Source of the DNA: Dehalococcoidia bacterium
GTDB lineage: Bacteria; Chloroflexota; Dehalococcoidia; Bin125
DNA length: 64,000 nucleotides
Direction of reading: 5' to 3'
Assembly (NCBI GenBank): GCA_963663895.2
Contig: CAXXRD010000001.1
Location: 416,001 to 480,000, forward strand
Part shown: positions 52,496 to 62,900 of the stretch, in pieces
Layout of the letters: each line of letters starts with the position of its first letter
Numbering within the stretch: position 1 is the stretch's first letter
Position numbers and translations under genes: made by a program
Notes under the pieces: model-generated
What the model saw: the letters and a program-made list of their open reading frames with translations, nothing else
What the model was told of the DNA's origin: nothing
Database searches by the model: none

Positions 52496-52846
52496 TCATG
52501 AACCCACGAGGCGAGCGATTCGGAGTCGCTCAAACAGCGCCACCGCCTTCGCATCGCGACGGTGCGGCGAGAGCATGTACCGCGCACAGCCCCTTCCAGA
52601 GAAGGAAAGGGCAAAAAGACCATTGGCGTTCCTCCCGATGGCGATGACGCCGGTCGCATTCAGGCCGCCGAGCGCGATGAAGCCGACTGAGTTAAACGGG
52701 CTGATCGCGATCAGGCCAACCGCATTGCCGCCGCTGACGGCAATCAAGCCGACCGCGTTAATGGCGCTGAGGGCAACCAGGCCGATCGCGTTAATGGCGC
52801 TGAGGGCAACCAGACCGATCGCATTCTGGGTATCTGCCGTGACCAT
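52496..52846 (-). CDS. Small protein built from 11-aa hydrophobic repeats (NAxGLxAxxxx)
   Basis: About seven repeats; AGGAGGAG RBS; 33-nt tandem duplication at 52754-52819. Confidence 0.65.
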   Translation of the reverse strand: MVTADTQNAIGLVALSAINAIGLVALSAINAVGLIAVSGGNAVGLIAISPFNSVGFIALGGLNATGVIAIGRNANGLFALSFSGRGCARYMLSPHRRDAKAVALFERLRIARLVGS

Positions 52847-52966
52847 CTCCCGCTCCTCCTAAAACCCGTATTCCCCGCCCGAGGCTGGTTCAGGCGGGAA
52901 TGGATTTCAAGCCAATACCCAACATGCCCTAGGCTTGTCGCGAGCGCCAGCCCTCCATGCAAGGTG

Positions 52967-53698
52967 TCAGGGGGCTCCGGATGCCTCAGCGTCCAAGCAG
53001 GCGCTTACCTCTGGGGAAGATCTGATCTCCGCTACCGACTCCTCAACGGCTCCGGACCTGAGAGCGATCAGGTCCGGGTTCTCTTTCGCCGCGTCAAGCA
53101 CGCAGCGGTACGTCTCTTCGCCCAGCCCGCCGGCTTGCTGAGAGATCACCGCGACGCCGAGGAAGGCGAAATTCTCCGGCGTCAGGCAGGCGAACACGGG
53201 GCCCGAAGTAGGGTTGGCCAAGACATCCAGGACTGGAGCACCGGCCATTAGGTCGTAGAGGCCGCCGACCGTCGCGCGGATGCAGGATGCTTCTGGCTCG
53301 GAGAGCCGGGCGACCATCTCGGCTGTAGTGGTGCTCACGGTTACCACGAGCTCTTCCATGGAGCCCACAGGCTGAGGTGCCTCAGCCGGCTCAGGAGTGG
53401 CAGGCTCGGCCGGTTCCGGTGTCGCGGCTGCCACGGGCTCCGGAGCAGGCTCCGGTTCGGGAGCCGGCGCCGGTTCAGGTTCCGGTGCAGGCTCCGGGGT
53501 GGGCGGCTCGGCGGGCTCCGGCGTCGCAGCTGCCGCTGGCTCAGGAGCCGGTTCCGCGACCGGATCCGGAGCGGGAGCCTCGGGCGTCTCCGAGTCGGAA
53601 CCACAGGCGGCAAGCGCCACGATCGCGACAAGCGCAAGCGCCGTGACGAGGACGCTGCGCCAACCAATACGACAACGAAGCCTATCCAGTGCAAGCAT
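52967..53698 (-). CDS. Lipoprotein with a Pro/Glu/Ala linker and a Cys-containing helical module
   Basis: Lipobox LAAC-GSD, PEPA repeats, LSEPEASCIR; paralog of 54431-55624. Confidence 0.75.
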   Translation of the reverse strand: MLALDRLRCRIGWRSVLVTALALVAIVALAACGSDSETPEAPAPDPVAEPAPEPAAAATPEPAEPPTPEPAPEPEPAPAPEPEPAPEPVAAATPEPAEPATPEPAEAPQPVGSMEELVVTVSTTTAEMVARLSEPEASCIRATVGGLYDLMAGAPVLDVLANPTSGPVFACLTPENFAFLGVAVISQQAGGLGEETYRCVLDAAKENPDLIALRSGAVEESVAEIRSSPEVSACLDAEASGAP

Positions 53699-53978
53699 GG
53701 TTCCACCCCTCAATGCAGAAGCGATCGTAGACGGATACGGCTTCGAGAGCGCTCGCTTATGTCATATCAAAGGACCGCTTGCGTTCATCGTGAAAACCCC
53801 GACCGGCCTGCTTCCCATGGCTTCGCAGCTCGGGCAACCACTATCGGTAGCATCCTGAGCCCTCCGAAACGGCCGGGTGAACGCAGTGGGGTCTGTCCCT
53901 TGGGTATTTTTCTGGTGGGGCCAGCTAACCCGCCCGATCCGTCGAGGACCCAATCCGCCTCGTCAGAGGCGGGTGTTC

Positions 53979-54357
53979 CTATCGCCCCAGTGCGCTCACA
54001 CCCACCCCCTGCGTTCGTGCGATCTCCTCGTCGGTCAGGCAGTCCCAGGTTCTGAGGCCGTCACCGGCGATCTCAGCGATCTCGGCCGCACTCATCGCCG
54101 CCAAGTCATAGGAGTCGGGATCGATCAGCGCCACGTAGTGCGGGTGCTCCCTGGCGAAGTCCGTGAGGCAGCTGATGGACTCCTCGCTCAAGCCGCCGGC
54201 TTGCGACACGGACATGGCGACGAAGATCTGAACGTACCCCTCCGGCGTGATGCAGTCACGCATCGACTCCACCAACCGGAAGCCTCCGTGGGCTGTTGAA
54301 TCGAAGAGCACGGCGAACTGGTCCTCGGAGAGACCCTCGCGTATGCAAGCGACTTCG
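53979..54357 (-). pseudogene. 5'-truncated paralog of the lipoprotein Cys module
   Basis: The reading frame extends upstream to EVACIREGLSEDQFAVL, matching EAACVREGLSAEQF in 54431-55624; there is no signal peptide. Confidence 0.6.
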
Positions 54358-54430
54358 GGCGGGGCCGGACCGCCTGTCCGGATTCACCCGGCCCCGGTAT
54401 ACGCCTTTCCCGCTCAGTGGCAGGAAGCCA

Positions 54431-55624
54431 CTATGATCCCGCCAGCGCAGCCGTCACGTTTTGTTGGACCCGCCACAATTCTTCGTCCGTCAGGCAGTCG
54501 TATGCCCCGAGGCTGGAGTCGGCGATTGCAAGGAACTCGGTCGGATCCATCGTCGAGACATCCTTCAATCCGGAACTGAGCAGGTCCACGAACGCCGGGT
54601 TGTCCCTCGCGAAGTCCGCGAAACAGCTCGTGGATTCGTCGCTGACATCGCCCAGCGCCCATTCGAGGCCGGAGACGAAGATCGCGATGTTGGTCTCCGG
54701 CATGATGCAGTGGGAGACGGCACTCCCGATCGCCACCGCCTCCAGCACACTGGCGTCGAGCACCGTGGCGAATTGCTCCGCGGAAAGCCCCTCGCGGACG
54801 CAGGCCGCCTCGGACTCGGAGAGCAGGGCGACGATGTCAGTCCCGGTGGCCGAGGCGTTTCGATCTATGCCTCTCCAGATGTTCAAGGTGAAGTCCATCT
54901 TCTCTTGGTCGGACATGCACTCGTAGATCTGCACGTTGTAGTCGAGCGTCTCGGCCGGGTTGCTCGTCTCCGGCCCCTGCCATTCCAGTCCGATTCGGAC
55001 GTAGATCGCTTCCGGATGCTCCATGCCGATCTCGATCATGCACCGGCGAGTTTCCGCGGACCACCCGCCCGCCTGTACGTCGGTGAAGGCGACGCCCAGG
55101 ATCACGACGCTCTCCACCGTGAGGCAGTTGAAGAGGGGGGCCGCGCTGGCGACATTTGAGCCCGCCAACAGGAGCGGCGTGGCGCGGATGATCTGGTACA
55201 CGCCCTCGCCCATGCTTTCGCGGATACAGGAGATCTCGGCCTCGGAGAGGCGGTCCAGCAGATCCTGGCCGGTGGTCGCCGGGGTGATAACGAAGTCCTC
55301 CAGCGAACCCACGGGTTGCGGGTCTTTGGCGGGCTCTGGGGCGGGAGGCTCGGTCGGCTCCGGCTCCGTGATCGCCGGTTCGGGAGCCGGCTCCGGTTCG
55401 GGTTCGGGTTCCGCCGCCGGCTCCGGGGCGGGAGGCTCGGTCGGCTCCGGCTCCGTGATCGCCGGTTCGGGAGCCGGCTCCGCCACGGGCTCTGGAGCAG
55501 GAGCCTCGGCGGGCTCCTCGTCGGACCCGCAGGCGGCGAGCGCCACGAGTGCGATCAGTGCGAGCGCCATGACGAGGGCACCGCGCCAGACGGCACGGCC
55601 ATCAAGCCCACCTGGTGCACGCAT
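54431..55624 (-). CDS. Lipoprotein with a PEP linker and two Cys-containing helical modules
   Basis: Lipobox LAAC-GSD; TGQDLLDRLSEAEISCIRE and TGTDIVALLSESEAACVRE repeats. Confidence 0.8.
   Translation of the reverse strand: MRAPGGLDGRAVWRGALVMALALIALVALAACGSDEEPAEAPAPEPVAEPAPEPAITEPEPTEPPAPEPAAEPEPEPEPAPEPAITEPEPTEPPAPEPAKDPQPVGSLEDFVITPATTGQDLLDRLSEAEISCIRESMGEGVYQIIRATPLLLAGSNVASAAPLFNCLTVESVVILGVAFTDVQAGGWSAETRRCMIEIGMEHPEAIYVRIGLEWQGPETSNPAETLDYNVQIYECMSDQEKMDFTLNIWRGIDRNASATGTDIVALLSESEAACVREGLSAEQFATVLDASVLEAVAIGSAVSHCIMPETNIAIFVSGLEWALGDVSDESTSCFADFARDNPAFVDLLSSGLKDVSTMDPTEFLAIADSSLGAYDCLTDEELWRVQQNVTAALAGS
55338..55482. repeat. 58-nt direct repeat, 87-nt period (intragenic PEP linker)
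   Basis: 55338-55395 = 55425-55482, encoding EPAPEPAITEPEPTEPPAP. Confidence 0.85.
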
Positions 55625-55883
55625 GGTCTCCCACCATTCAACACGGAATCGAATGCGAGTAAGTGTAGTATGAATTAGATCGAATTCTGATTATTACTAT
55701 CTTTCAAGCCACTTACCGCTTCCAGCGCTGGCCCACCTGCCCCACTTCTCATGACTCATCGGCCTGCGATTCAAGACACGGCGAGAGCTGAGCCTGGGGG
55801 AACCAGTCCGTCAACCGTATTGGGTCCCTCCGCGGAGAACCGTGGCGAGGGGCGGATGCACCCGCGGTGCGATGCTCGCCGCC

Positions 55884-57923
55884 TCAGCGGGGAAAGGCAC
55901 CAGGAATGCCGCCATCGACGGGGATGGAGGCGCCGGTGATCTTGGCCGCTCCGTCGGAAGCGAGGTAGGCGACGACATCCGCCACGTCCTCCGGGTAGAT
56001 CGGCTTGCCGAGCAGGTTGCGCCGCGCGTAGAAGGTCTCCAGCTCATCCGGGGCGACGCCGTGGGCAGCGGCGCGCCCGGCGCGCACATCGGGCGACCAC
56101 AGCTTCGAGCCGCGGAAAACCGCGTCGGGGTTGACGGCGTTCACGCGGATGCCGGCGTCCCCGTTCTCCAAGGCCAGGACACGCGCGAGCTGGGTCTCGG
56201 CCGCCTTGGCCGCGCTGTAGGCGCCGAACTCCGCTCCCGGGGCGAAGGCGTTCTTAGAGGAAACGAAGATCAGGCTGCCGCCGCGGCCCTGGCGTCGCAG
56301 GAGACGGACGGCTTCGCGCGCCACGAGGAAGTGCCCGGTGGCGTTGACCGCGATGCTCCGCTCCCAATCCGAGGTCGCCAGCTCGTCCAAGCGGGAGACG
56401 ACCGCGATGCCCGCGTTGGAAACGAGGATATCCAACCCTCCGTAGGCGGCCGCGAGCGTGACGAAGCCGTTACGCACCGCCCCTTCGTCGCCGACATCCA
56501 TGGGCAGCGACAGGGCGGTGCGCGGCTGTGGCGATCGCTCCTGGATGGCGGCGGCGACCGCGTCGGCGCCGTCCCGGTCGATGTCCGCGATCGCGACGAC
56601 TGCCCCCTCCAGCGCGAGCCGCTCCGCGATCGCCCGCCCGATACCGCTCGCGGCCCCCGTCACCAGCGCGATCCGGCCCTGCAACGGCAACGGTCGAGGC
56701 GCCAGGCCAAGCTTGTAGAGCTCAAGCGGCCAGTATTCGACCTCGAACAGGGCCTCTTCGGAGACGGGTCGGTACTCACCGACCACGGTGGCGTCCTGCT
56801 GGACGGCGAGGGAGCGGCGGGCGATGTCGAGCGCGATCCGTGCCGCCCCGCTCGACCGGGCGGCGGCGAAGACACCCAGGCCCGGAATCAGGATGAGCCG
56901 CGGATAGGGGTCGAGGCGAGGCGTTTCCGGACGGGCGTGGCGTTGGACATATTCCTCGTATTCCCGAACGTAGGCGCCGATCGCCGCGCGCACGGCGCGA
57001 TCGAGCGCCTCCGGACCGGCGTCCGCAGGCGAGTGAACGAAAGCCGGCCAGCCTTTGGTGCGGAGGGCATGGTCCGGCGTCGCCGGACCGCGACGGGCGA
57101 TCGCGGCAGCGCCGGGATCCGCCAAAAAGCTGAGAAGCGCCGGAGCGGCGGCGTGCTCGACCACGACGGGCTGCGCGATGGCGCCGCGAATCGCGGTGGC
57201 GGCGCATCCGACAAGCTCCGCGGGCGGGCGCGGTACGGAGCCACCGAAGCGGCGGGCCGCGCGCGCGGATTCGGCGATGAACGCCTCGGCCTCGCTCACA
57301 AGGGCGATGGTGCGCTCATACGATGCGCGTGCATCGTCGTCGAACGTAAGCAGTCCATGGTTGACGAAGGCCACGCCCTCGGCCGATCGATCCGCCTCCC
57401 AGGCCTCCACAACGGCGCGCGACAGGGCGAAGCCGGGACGGACCCAGGGCACGACCGCAAGGCGCCGCCCGAAGACCCGGCGGATGGCCGCCGCGCCGTC
57501 CGGCTGGTTGGTCAGCGCCACGATGGCGTCCGCGTGGGTGTGGTCGACGTACCGATGGGGCAGGAATCCGTGCAGCAGCGTCTCGATCGATGGCCGCGGG
57601 TCGTCCGGATCCAGGAGCGCGCGCCGGAGGCGATCGATCATCGCCTCGTCGCTCAGCGTCTCAACCTGACGCAGCGCCCGCACATCATCGAGGCGGACGC
57701 CGGCGAAGTGCTTGCGCTCGATCGTCTTGAGATCCGAGCCGCTGCCCTTCACGCGCAGCACCTCAATGGCGTCGCGGCGGAAATCGCTCTCGGATCGCTT
57801 CACGGAGGTGTTGCCGCCGCCCCAAAGCACAAGGGACGGCTCCGCGCCCAGCAAGCGTGAGCTGTAGACGCGCAGGTCCAGCGGGTCAGGGGGGGCGTCG
57901 GCATCGGACCAGCGGCTCCGCAT
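55884..57923 (-). CDS. Bifunctional class II aldolase / SDR (rhamnulose-1-phosphate aldolase/dehydrogenase family)
   Basis: [68 protein letters not shown]. Confidence 0.9.
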   Translation of the reverse strand: MRSRWSDADAPPDPLDLRVYSSRLLGAEPSLVLWGGGNTSVKRSESDFRRDAIEVLRVKGSGSDLKTIERKHFAGVRLDDVRALRQVETLSDEAMIDRLRRALLDPDDPRPSIETLLHGFLPHRYVDHTHADAIVALTNQPDGAAAIRRVFGRRLAVVPWVRPGFALSRAVVEAWEADRSAEGVAFVNHGLLTFDDDARASYERTIALVSEAEAFIAESARAARRFGGSVPRPPAELVGCAATAIRGAIAQPVVVEHAAAPALLSFLADPGAAAIARRGPATPDHALRTKGWPAFVHSPADAGPEALDRAVRAAIGAYVREYEEYVQRHARPETPRLDPYPRLILIPGLGVFAAARSSGAARIALDIARRSLAVQQDATVVGEYRPVSEEALFEVEYWPLELYKLGLAPRPLPLQGRIALVTGAASGIGRAIAERLALEGAVVAIADIDRDGADAVAAAIQERSPQPRTALSLPMDVGDEGAVRNGFVTLAAAYGGLDILVSNAGIAVVSRLDELATSDWERSIAVNATGHFLVAREAVRLLRRQGRGGSLIFVSSKNAFAPGAEFGAYSAAKAAETQLARVLALENGDAGIRVNAVNPDAVFRGSKLWSPDVRAGRAAAHGVAPDELETFYARRNLLGKPIYPEDVADVVAYLASDGAAKITGASIPVDGGIPGAFPR

Positions 57924-57989
57924 ACGGGCATGGTAGCGACGGGCCGCTTACCAATCCGGTTGAGAGATCTATGTCGCTGTAGAAGCTCT

Positions 57990-59159
57990 CTATGCCCCGG
58001 TAGGACGCAGCGTGTGGTGGAGGTGGCCTACGTGGTGGCTCTCGGTACAGGCGGCCGCCGATTGCTCCATCTGGATCGTGACGTGCCCGATGCCGTATTC
58101 CTTGTGCACGATCTCTTGCATCTGGTTGAGAAGCAGACCGGCATCTCCCTCATAAGAAGGATCCAGGAGCACGTGTGCCGTAAAGGCCTCGCTTCCCGAC
58201 GTGATGGTCCAGACGTGAACATCATGGATGAGGGTCACGCCTTCCATATCCTCAATCTGACTGCAGAGCTTATACACGTCGATATGCTCGGGAGTCCCTT
58301 CCAACAGCACATGGAAGACCTTCATCACGAGATGCCAGGTGCTGAACATGATCAGCAACGCGATCACGACGCTCAGGATCGGGTCGATGAGCGTCCAGCC
58401 CGTGCTCAACACCACGATGCCGGAGAGCACCACGCCGACGGACCCCAGCAGGTCGGCCATGACGTGCTTGAAAGCGCCTTCGACGTTGAGGCTGTGCTCC
58501 GAAGAGCGGTGAAGTATCCAAGCGGCGCCCAAGTTCACCAGGAGCCCGCCGATACCCACGCCCATCATCAGCCATCCATCGATGTGCAGCTCACTGGCGC
58601 CGTGCCTGTGGAATTCCTCAAACCGATGGTATGCCTCAAATAGGATCCAGCCCACGATCAGCCAGAGCGCCAGGGCGTTGAGCAGAGCGGCCAGGATCTC
58701 GGTGCGGTAGTAGCCGTAGGTTCGTTCGATGGACGCTTCCCGATCCGCGATCCACATGGCGAAGAGGGCGAGGCCAATGGCTGCGGCATCGGTGGCCATG
58801 TGCCCGGCGTCGGCGAGAAGAGCCAGGCTGCCTGAAGCGATACCGCCGATCACTTCAGCGACCATGTAGCTCGAAATCAGTACCAGAGCAAAGATCAGAC
58901 TGCGGCGGCTGCTTCCCCGCAAGTCGTGCGCGTGGTCGTGGCCACCGTGGCCGTGATCATCGTGGTCGTCGTGCCCCGCGTGGTCATGGCCTTCGTGATC
59001 GTCGTGCCCCGCGTGGTCATCGTGGCTATCGTGATGGCGACGATCGTCCTCGGCACCACCACCGGCACTCGCCGAGTAGTACTCGTCCCCCACAGCCACG
59101 GTACTCGGCTTCAACCACCCGAGTACCGCCCTGCATATCGACGTGACCGCTTGGCGCAC
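57990..59159 (-). CDS. czcD: Cation diffusion facilitator (CzcD/ZitB-like) with a His-rich N-terminus
   Basis: SLALLADAGHMATD, TYGYYRTEIL, HVMADLLGS, HDVHVW, HVTIQ. Confidence 0.92.
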   Translation of the reverse strand: MRQAVTSICRAVLGWLKPSTVAVGDEYYSASAGGGAEDDRRHHDSHDDHAGHDDHEGHDHAGHDDHDDHGHGGHDHAHDLRGSSRRSLIFALVLISSYMVAEVIGGIASGSLALLADAGHMATDAAAIGLALFAMWIADREASIERTYGYYRTEILAALLNALALWLIVGWILFEAYHRFEEFHRHGASELHIDGWLMMGVGIGGLLVNLGAAWILHRSSEHSLNVEGAFKHVMADLLGSVGVVLSGIVVLSTGWTLIDPILSVVIALLIMFSTWHLVMKVFHVLLEGTPEHIDVYKLCSQIEDMEGVTLIHDVHVWTITSGSEAFTAHVLLDPSYEGDAGLLLNQMQEIVHKEYGIGHVTIQMEQSAAACTESHHVGHLHHTLRPTGA

Positions 59160-59280
59160 TACTTCGAAACCCTTAGCAGATACCGGTCTTGCACAACTGA
59201 AAGATCGTTGAGGAGAAGGCTCGATCTGTGACGGTTCCGGCGGCTCCCTTAATCCCTAGATCCGACGAGAGGACACGCTA

Positions 59281-59340
59281 ACACATATAGAAGACACATA
59301 TAGAAGAGTCCTGCCGCCCCTAACGAAACCGGCAGGACTC
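59281..59340. promoter_or_regulatory. 13-nt tandem direct repeat plus 11-bp hairpin between the His-rich gene and czcD
   Basis: ACACATATAGAAG x2 (59281-59306). GAGTCCTGCCG/CGGCAGGACTC stem (59306-59340) is followed on the minus strand by TTCTAT, terminator-like. Confidence 0.5.
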
Positions 59341-59466
59341 AATGAATTGGAGATCCCAGCAGCGGAACAATTCCACCCGCCAGAGTACGAACCGGATCTC
59401 GTGCCCTAGTCCGGCTCCGCAAACGGCGCGCCCCACCGGAATTTCCCTTGGCGAAACCGAGCGCGA

Positions 59467-59664
59467 CTAGTGGTCGTGGTGCTCGTGGTCGTCGCACTCG
59501 TGCGGATCGTGCACGTGGGCGTGGTGCTCATGATCGTCGCACTCGTGCTGGTCGTGCACGTGTCCCGGCTCATCGCTGTGGTGCTCATGATCGTCGCACT
59601 CGTGCTGGTCATGCTCGTGAGCGTGGTGCTCGTGGTCGTCACATTCGTGCTGGTCGTGAGGCAT
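59467..59664 (-). CDS. His/Cys/acidic repeat metal-binding mini-protein (Hpn/metallothionein-like)
   Basis: 65 aa, four HD(Q/P)HECDDHEHH units; GGGAG RBS; co-oriented upstream of czcD. Confidence 0.7.
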   Translation of the reverse strand: MPHDQHECDDHEHHAHEHDQHECDDHEHHSDEPGHVHDQHECDDHEHHAHVHDPHECDDHEHHDH

Positions 59665-59947
59665 GGAAACTCCCGTATACCCTTTCACCGTCAGACAGTA
59701 TTTGCGCGGGCATCTTCACGCATGTTGACGGCACTGACAAGAGGAATCCTTAAATAATTTATAACAAGAATGGTTACTATATCTGATACTAGTAAGCCCA
59801 AATCATAACAAGAGGAAATCACAGCCCTGCGGCCTTTCCCGATGCCATCCATCGCCACCCTCTGTAGGATTCATCGCTCAACCCTGATCCCGCGGAGTGG
59901 CCCGCCTTCGGCGACCGCCCGTCCGTGGGCCGTATGATGCCTCCGCG

Positions 59948-62900
59948 ATGCCGTTCACGATCCAGACCGTCCCCACCCTGAAGGCTGCGGAGGAGCGGCT
60001 CGCTGCGTTCCTGGGCTCCGTCCGCACCGAGCCCACCCGGCGGATCAACATCCTGACGGGCTCGAACGCGCAGCGCATCTACTTTCGCCGGTTGCTGGGC
60101 AGGCATTTCGGCGCCACGGCCAACGTGCGCTTCGCCACGCCGGTGGATCTGGCGGAGGAGATCCGGCGCGCGGCCGCCGCGCCGCGCCGCCCGCGTCTGC
60201 CCGACGGCGGCGACGTCCTGCTCGTCGCGGAGCTCCTGCGCCGCCTGCGCAGGAACGGCCAGCTCGATCAGCTGGATCCCGATCTGCAAGGTATCGCCGA
60301 GGCGGCCCGTGGAGCACTCAACGACCTGCGTGAGGGCGGTATCAGCAGCGGGGAGTTTCGGCGCGCGCTGCGCCGGAGCGACGCCCGCAAGCTGCACGAC
60401 CTCGCCGCCCTGTACGCCGCTTACGAATCGATCGAGGACACGTCGGCCTTCCTAGACCGGCCGGCGCTCTACCGGGAGGCGCTCGACGATCGCGTCTCGG
60501 ATGAAGCCGTGCAGCGCGCGTTGGGCGGTGCTCCGACCGCCGTGATCGGGCTGTACGACGCCCCTCCCGTACAAGTCGCCCTCATCCGGCGGTGCGCGGA
60601 GGTCGTCGACCTAGAGATCATCCTAGTTGCGACGGCGGAGCCGGAATTCGCATTCGCGGACAACTTCAAGGACGCGCTCATCAAGGCCGGCGCAACGGTC
60701 CAAGACGATCCCGACCACCTGACGGACGCGTCCAAGATCCGAGCGGCGACGGCGCACTTCAGCGCGCCCACTAGACAGGCCGAGGCGGAGGAGGTCGCCC
60801 GCCAGATGCTGGCGTTGGCGCGCGACCACGGCGTGCCGTTTAACGAGATGGCCGTCCTGCACCGTTTAGACCACGGCTATGACGACCTCATGGCCGCCGT
60901 GCTGAGCCGCGCCGGCATCCCGGTCTACCGCGGCGCTGGCCACCCCGTGCGGCACACCGCAGCCGGCCGTGCAGTGCTGGTGCTGCTGAATCTGCTGCTT
61001 GAGTCGCCAACGCGACACCGGCTGCTGGAGTTCCTCGGGAATCCCGCGTTGCGCCCCGATATTCCCACGCTGGGATCGGCGGTGCCGCCACAAGTGCGTC
61101 CGCAGCCGGTCCGCTGGGAGCGCATCTCGAAAAGCGCGGGGATGGTCGCCGGGTGGGAGCGCTTCCAAACCCAACTGGATGCGCACGTCAAGATGCTGCG
61201 CGATCGGGAAGACCAGGAGCGGAGGGGAGGAGCCTTGCAAGCGGCGGCGGAGCTGCGGGGCGTTGTCGCACGCCTCGCAGCGGCGGCGGAGGCCGGGAAA
61301 ACGCTCCCAAGCTGGTCTGACTACGGCGACTGGCTTTGGGGCGTTCTCGACGCCTATCTCGCACCCGAAGAAGAGGAGGGGCCGCTGTCGACGATCCGCT
61401 CGCAGATCGAGGCGCTGCGGCAGCTTGACCGGGCAGACCTCCCCGTCGACGCCGCGCGCTTTCACCATGCGGCAGCGCACGCCGTGCGCCGGGCCGTCGA
61501 GTCCGGCGGCTTCCTGGAGCGGGACGGCGCCTTCCTAGGAAACGTGAACGCCGCACGCTGGCTGCGCTTCCAGGCCGTGTTCCTCACGGAGTGCGCCGAA
61601 CGCATCTTCCCTTCCCTGATCCAACTCGATCCGATCCTGCTGGACGACGAGCGAGAGATGCTGAACCGGCGCTTGCGGCGCAAGGCGTTGCCGATCAAGC
61701 GTGAGCGCGCGCAGGAGGAGCAGCTGCTCTTCGCCTTGGTCGAACAGTCCGCCAGGCGCTTCCTCACGATCTCGTGGGCGCGGCGCACGACGACATCGGG
61801 CGCTCCCCGGCTCTCGTCGACGTTCTTGCGGAAGTCGGTCCGGAGTGGTCGCGAGGAGGGGGTGACCGAGCGGGAGCTAGTCGAGCAAGGCCTGATCAGA
61901 CGGTTGCCGGCACGGCTGGCAGGGGCCGCGCCTTCGCCCGAGCAGCTGGCCGCGCGCGACTGGCACGCCACGGAAACCGCGCTCGACGCAACGGACTTCG
62001 CGCTTGCGCTGCTCGAAGCGGCCCCCGCCGGGGCGCCGACCGTCCTGCGCGCGCTGTGGCCCGACCATGAGCGCTACCAAGCCGCGCGCGCGGAGCGGAA
62101 CGCGTCGTACTTCAGCGCGTACGACGGCCTCATCCCGCCGGGCGCGTTGCAACGCGATCCACTGTCGCCCTCCACAAGCGCCACAGGCCTTGAGGAGTAC
62201 GCCACCTGTCCTTACCGCTACTTCCTGCGGCGCGTGCTGCGCGTAGCCGCCGTCGCAGAGCCCGGCGAGGCGCTGGAGATGACGCCGCTCGACCGGGGCG
62301 ATCTGGTCCATACGATTCTCGAGCGTTGGATCAGGCGCTGGATCGAGGCCGGGCGCGAAGGACAAGCCGATTGGCCAACGTACCTGCGCGACGAGGCGCC
62401 CCTCATGCAGATCGCGCAAGAGGAGTTCACGGCCGCAGACCTGAGCGGCTTGGCCGGCCTCCCGGCGACCTGGGATGTCGTGCGCGAGGAGGTCCTGTCC
62501 GACCTGCGCCGCGTGCTGGAGCTGGAGCGGGCACGCGGCGCAGAGGGCCATCGCCCCATCGGCGTGGAGATCGACTTCGGCGACCTTGCGGTCCCGCTGC
62601 CCGACGGCACCGAACTCCGATTCCGCGGTCGCATCGATCGCGTGGACCGGGGACCGGAGGGCATCGTCGCGATCGACTACAAGACGGGAGCCTCCCGCAA
62701 GCGCGCGGAAGACTACCGCGACGGATCGGCGCTACAGCTGCCGATCTACTTACTGGCGGCGGCGCGGGAGTTCGGGGACGAGCCCGGCGCCGCGCGCGCC
62801 GAGTACTGGTACGCGACGCGCAAGGGCAACTTCGCGCGCAGTAGCTTGGACGGCGCAACGGTCTTGGCCGATGCGGCCTGGGCCGACGCACTCGCCAGCA

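Noticed and set aside
53781-53884. SAM-I-like element (TTCATC...GGCAACC...GGT...GGTGAA)
   Set aside because: It lacks the AGAG/GAGGGA kink-turn core and faces away from the adjacent genes; only a closing inverted repeat is supported.
55842-57860. 672-aa plus-strand ORF
   Set aside because: Antisense shadow of the aldolase/SDR gene.
59467-59660. CRISPR-like repeat array
   Set aside because: The repeats are in-frame codon repeats with 9-21 nt linkers, and there are no cas genes. The same applies to the PEP repeats at 53380-53580 and 55338-55482.
59470-59757. Val-rich plus-strand membrane-like ORF
   Set aside because: Antisense translation of His/Asp codons (CAC/GAC read as GTG/GTC).
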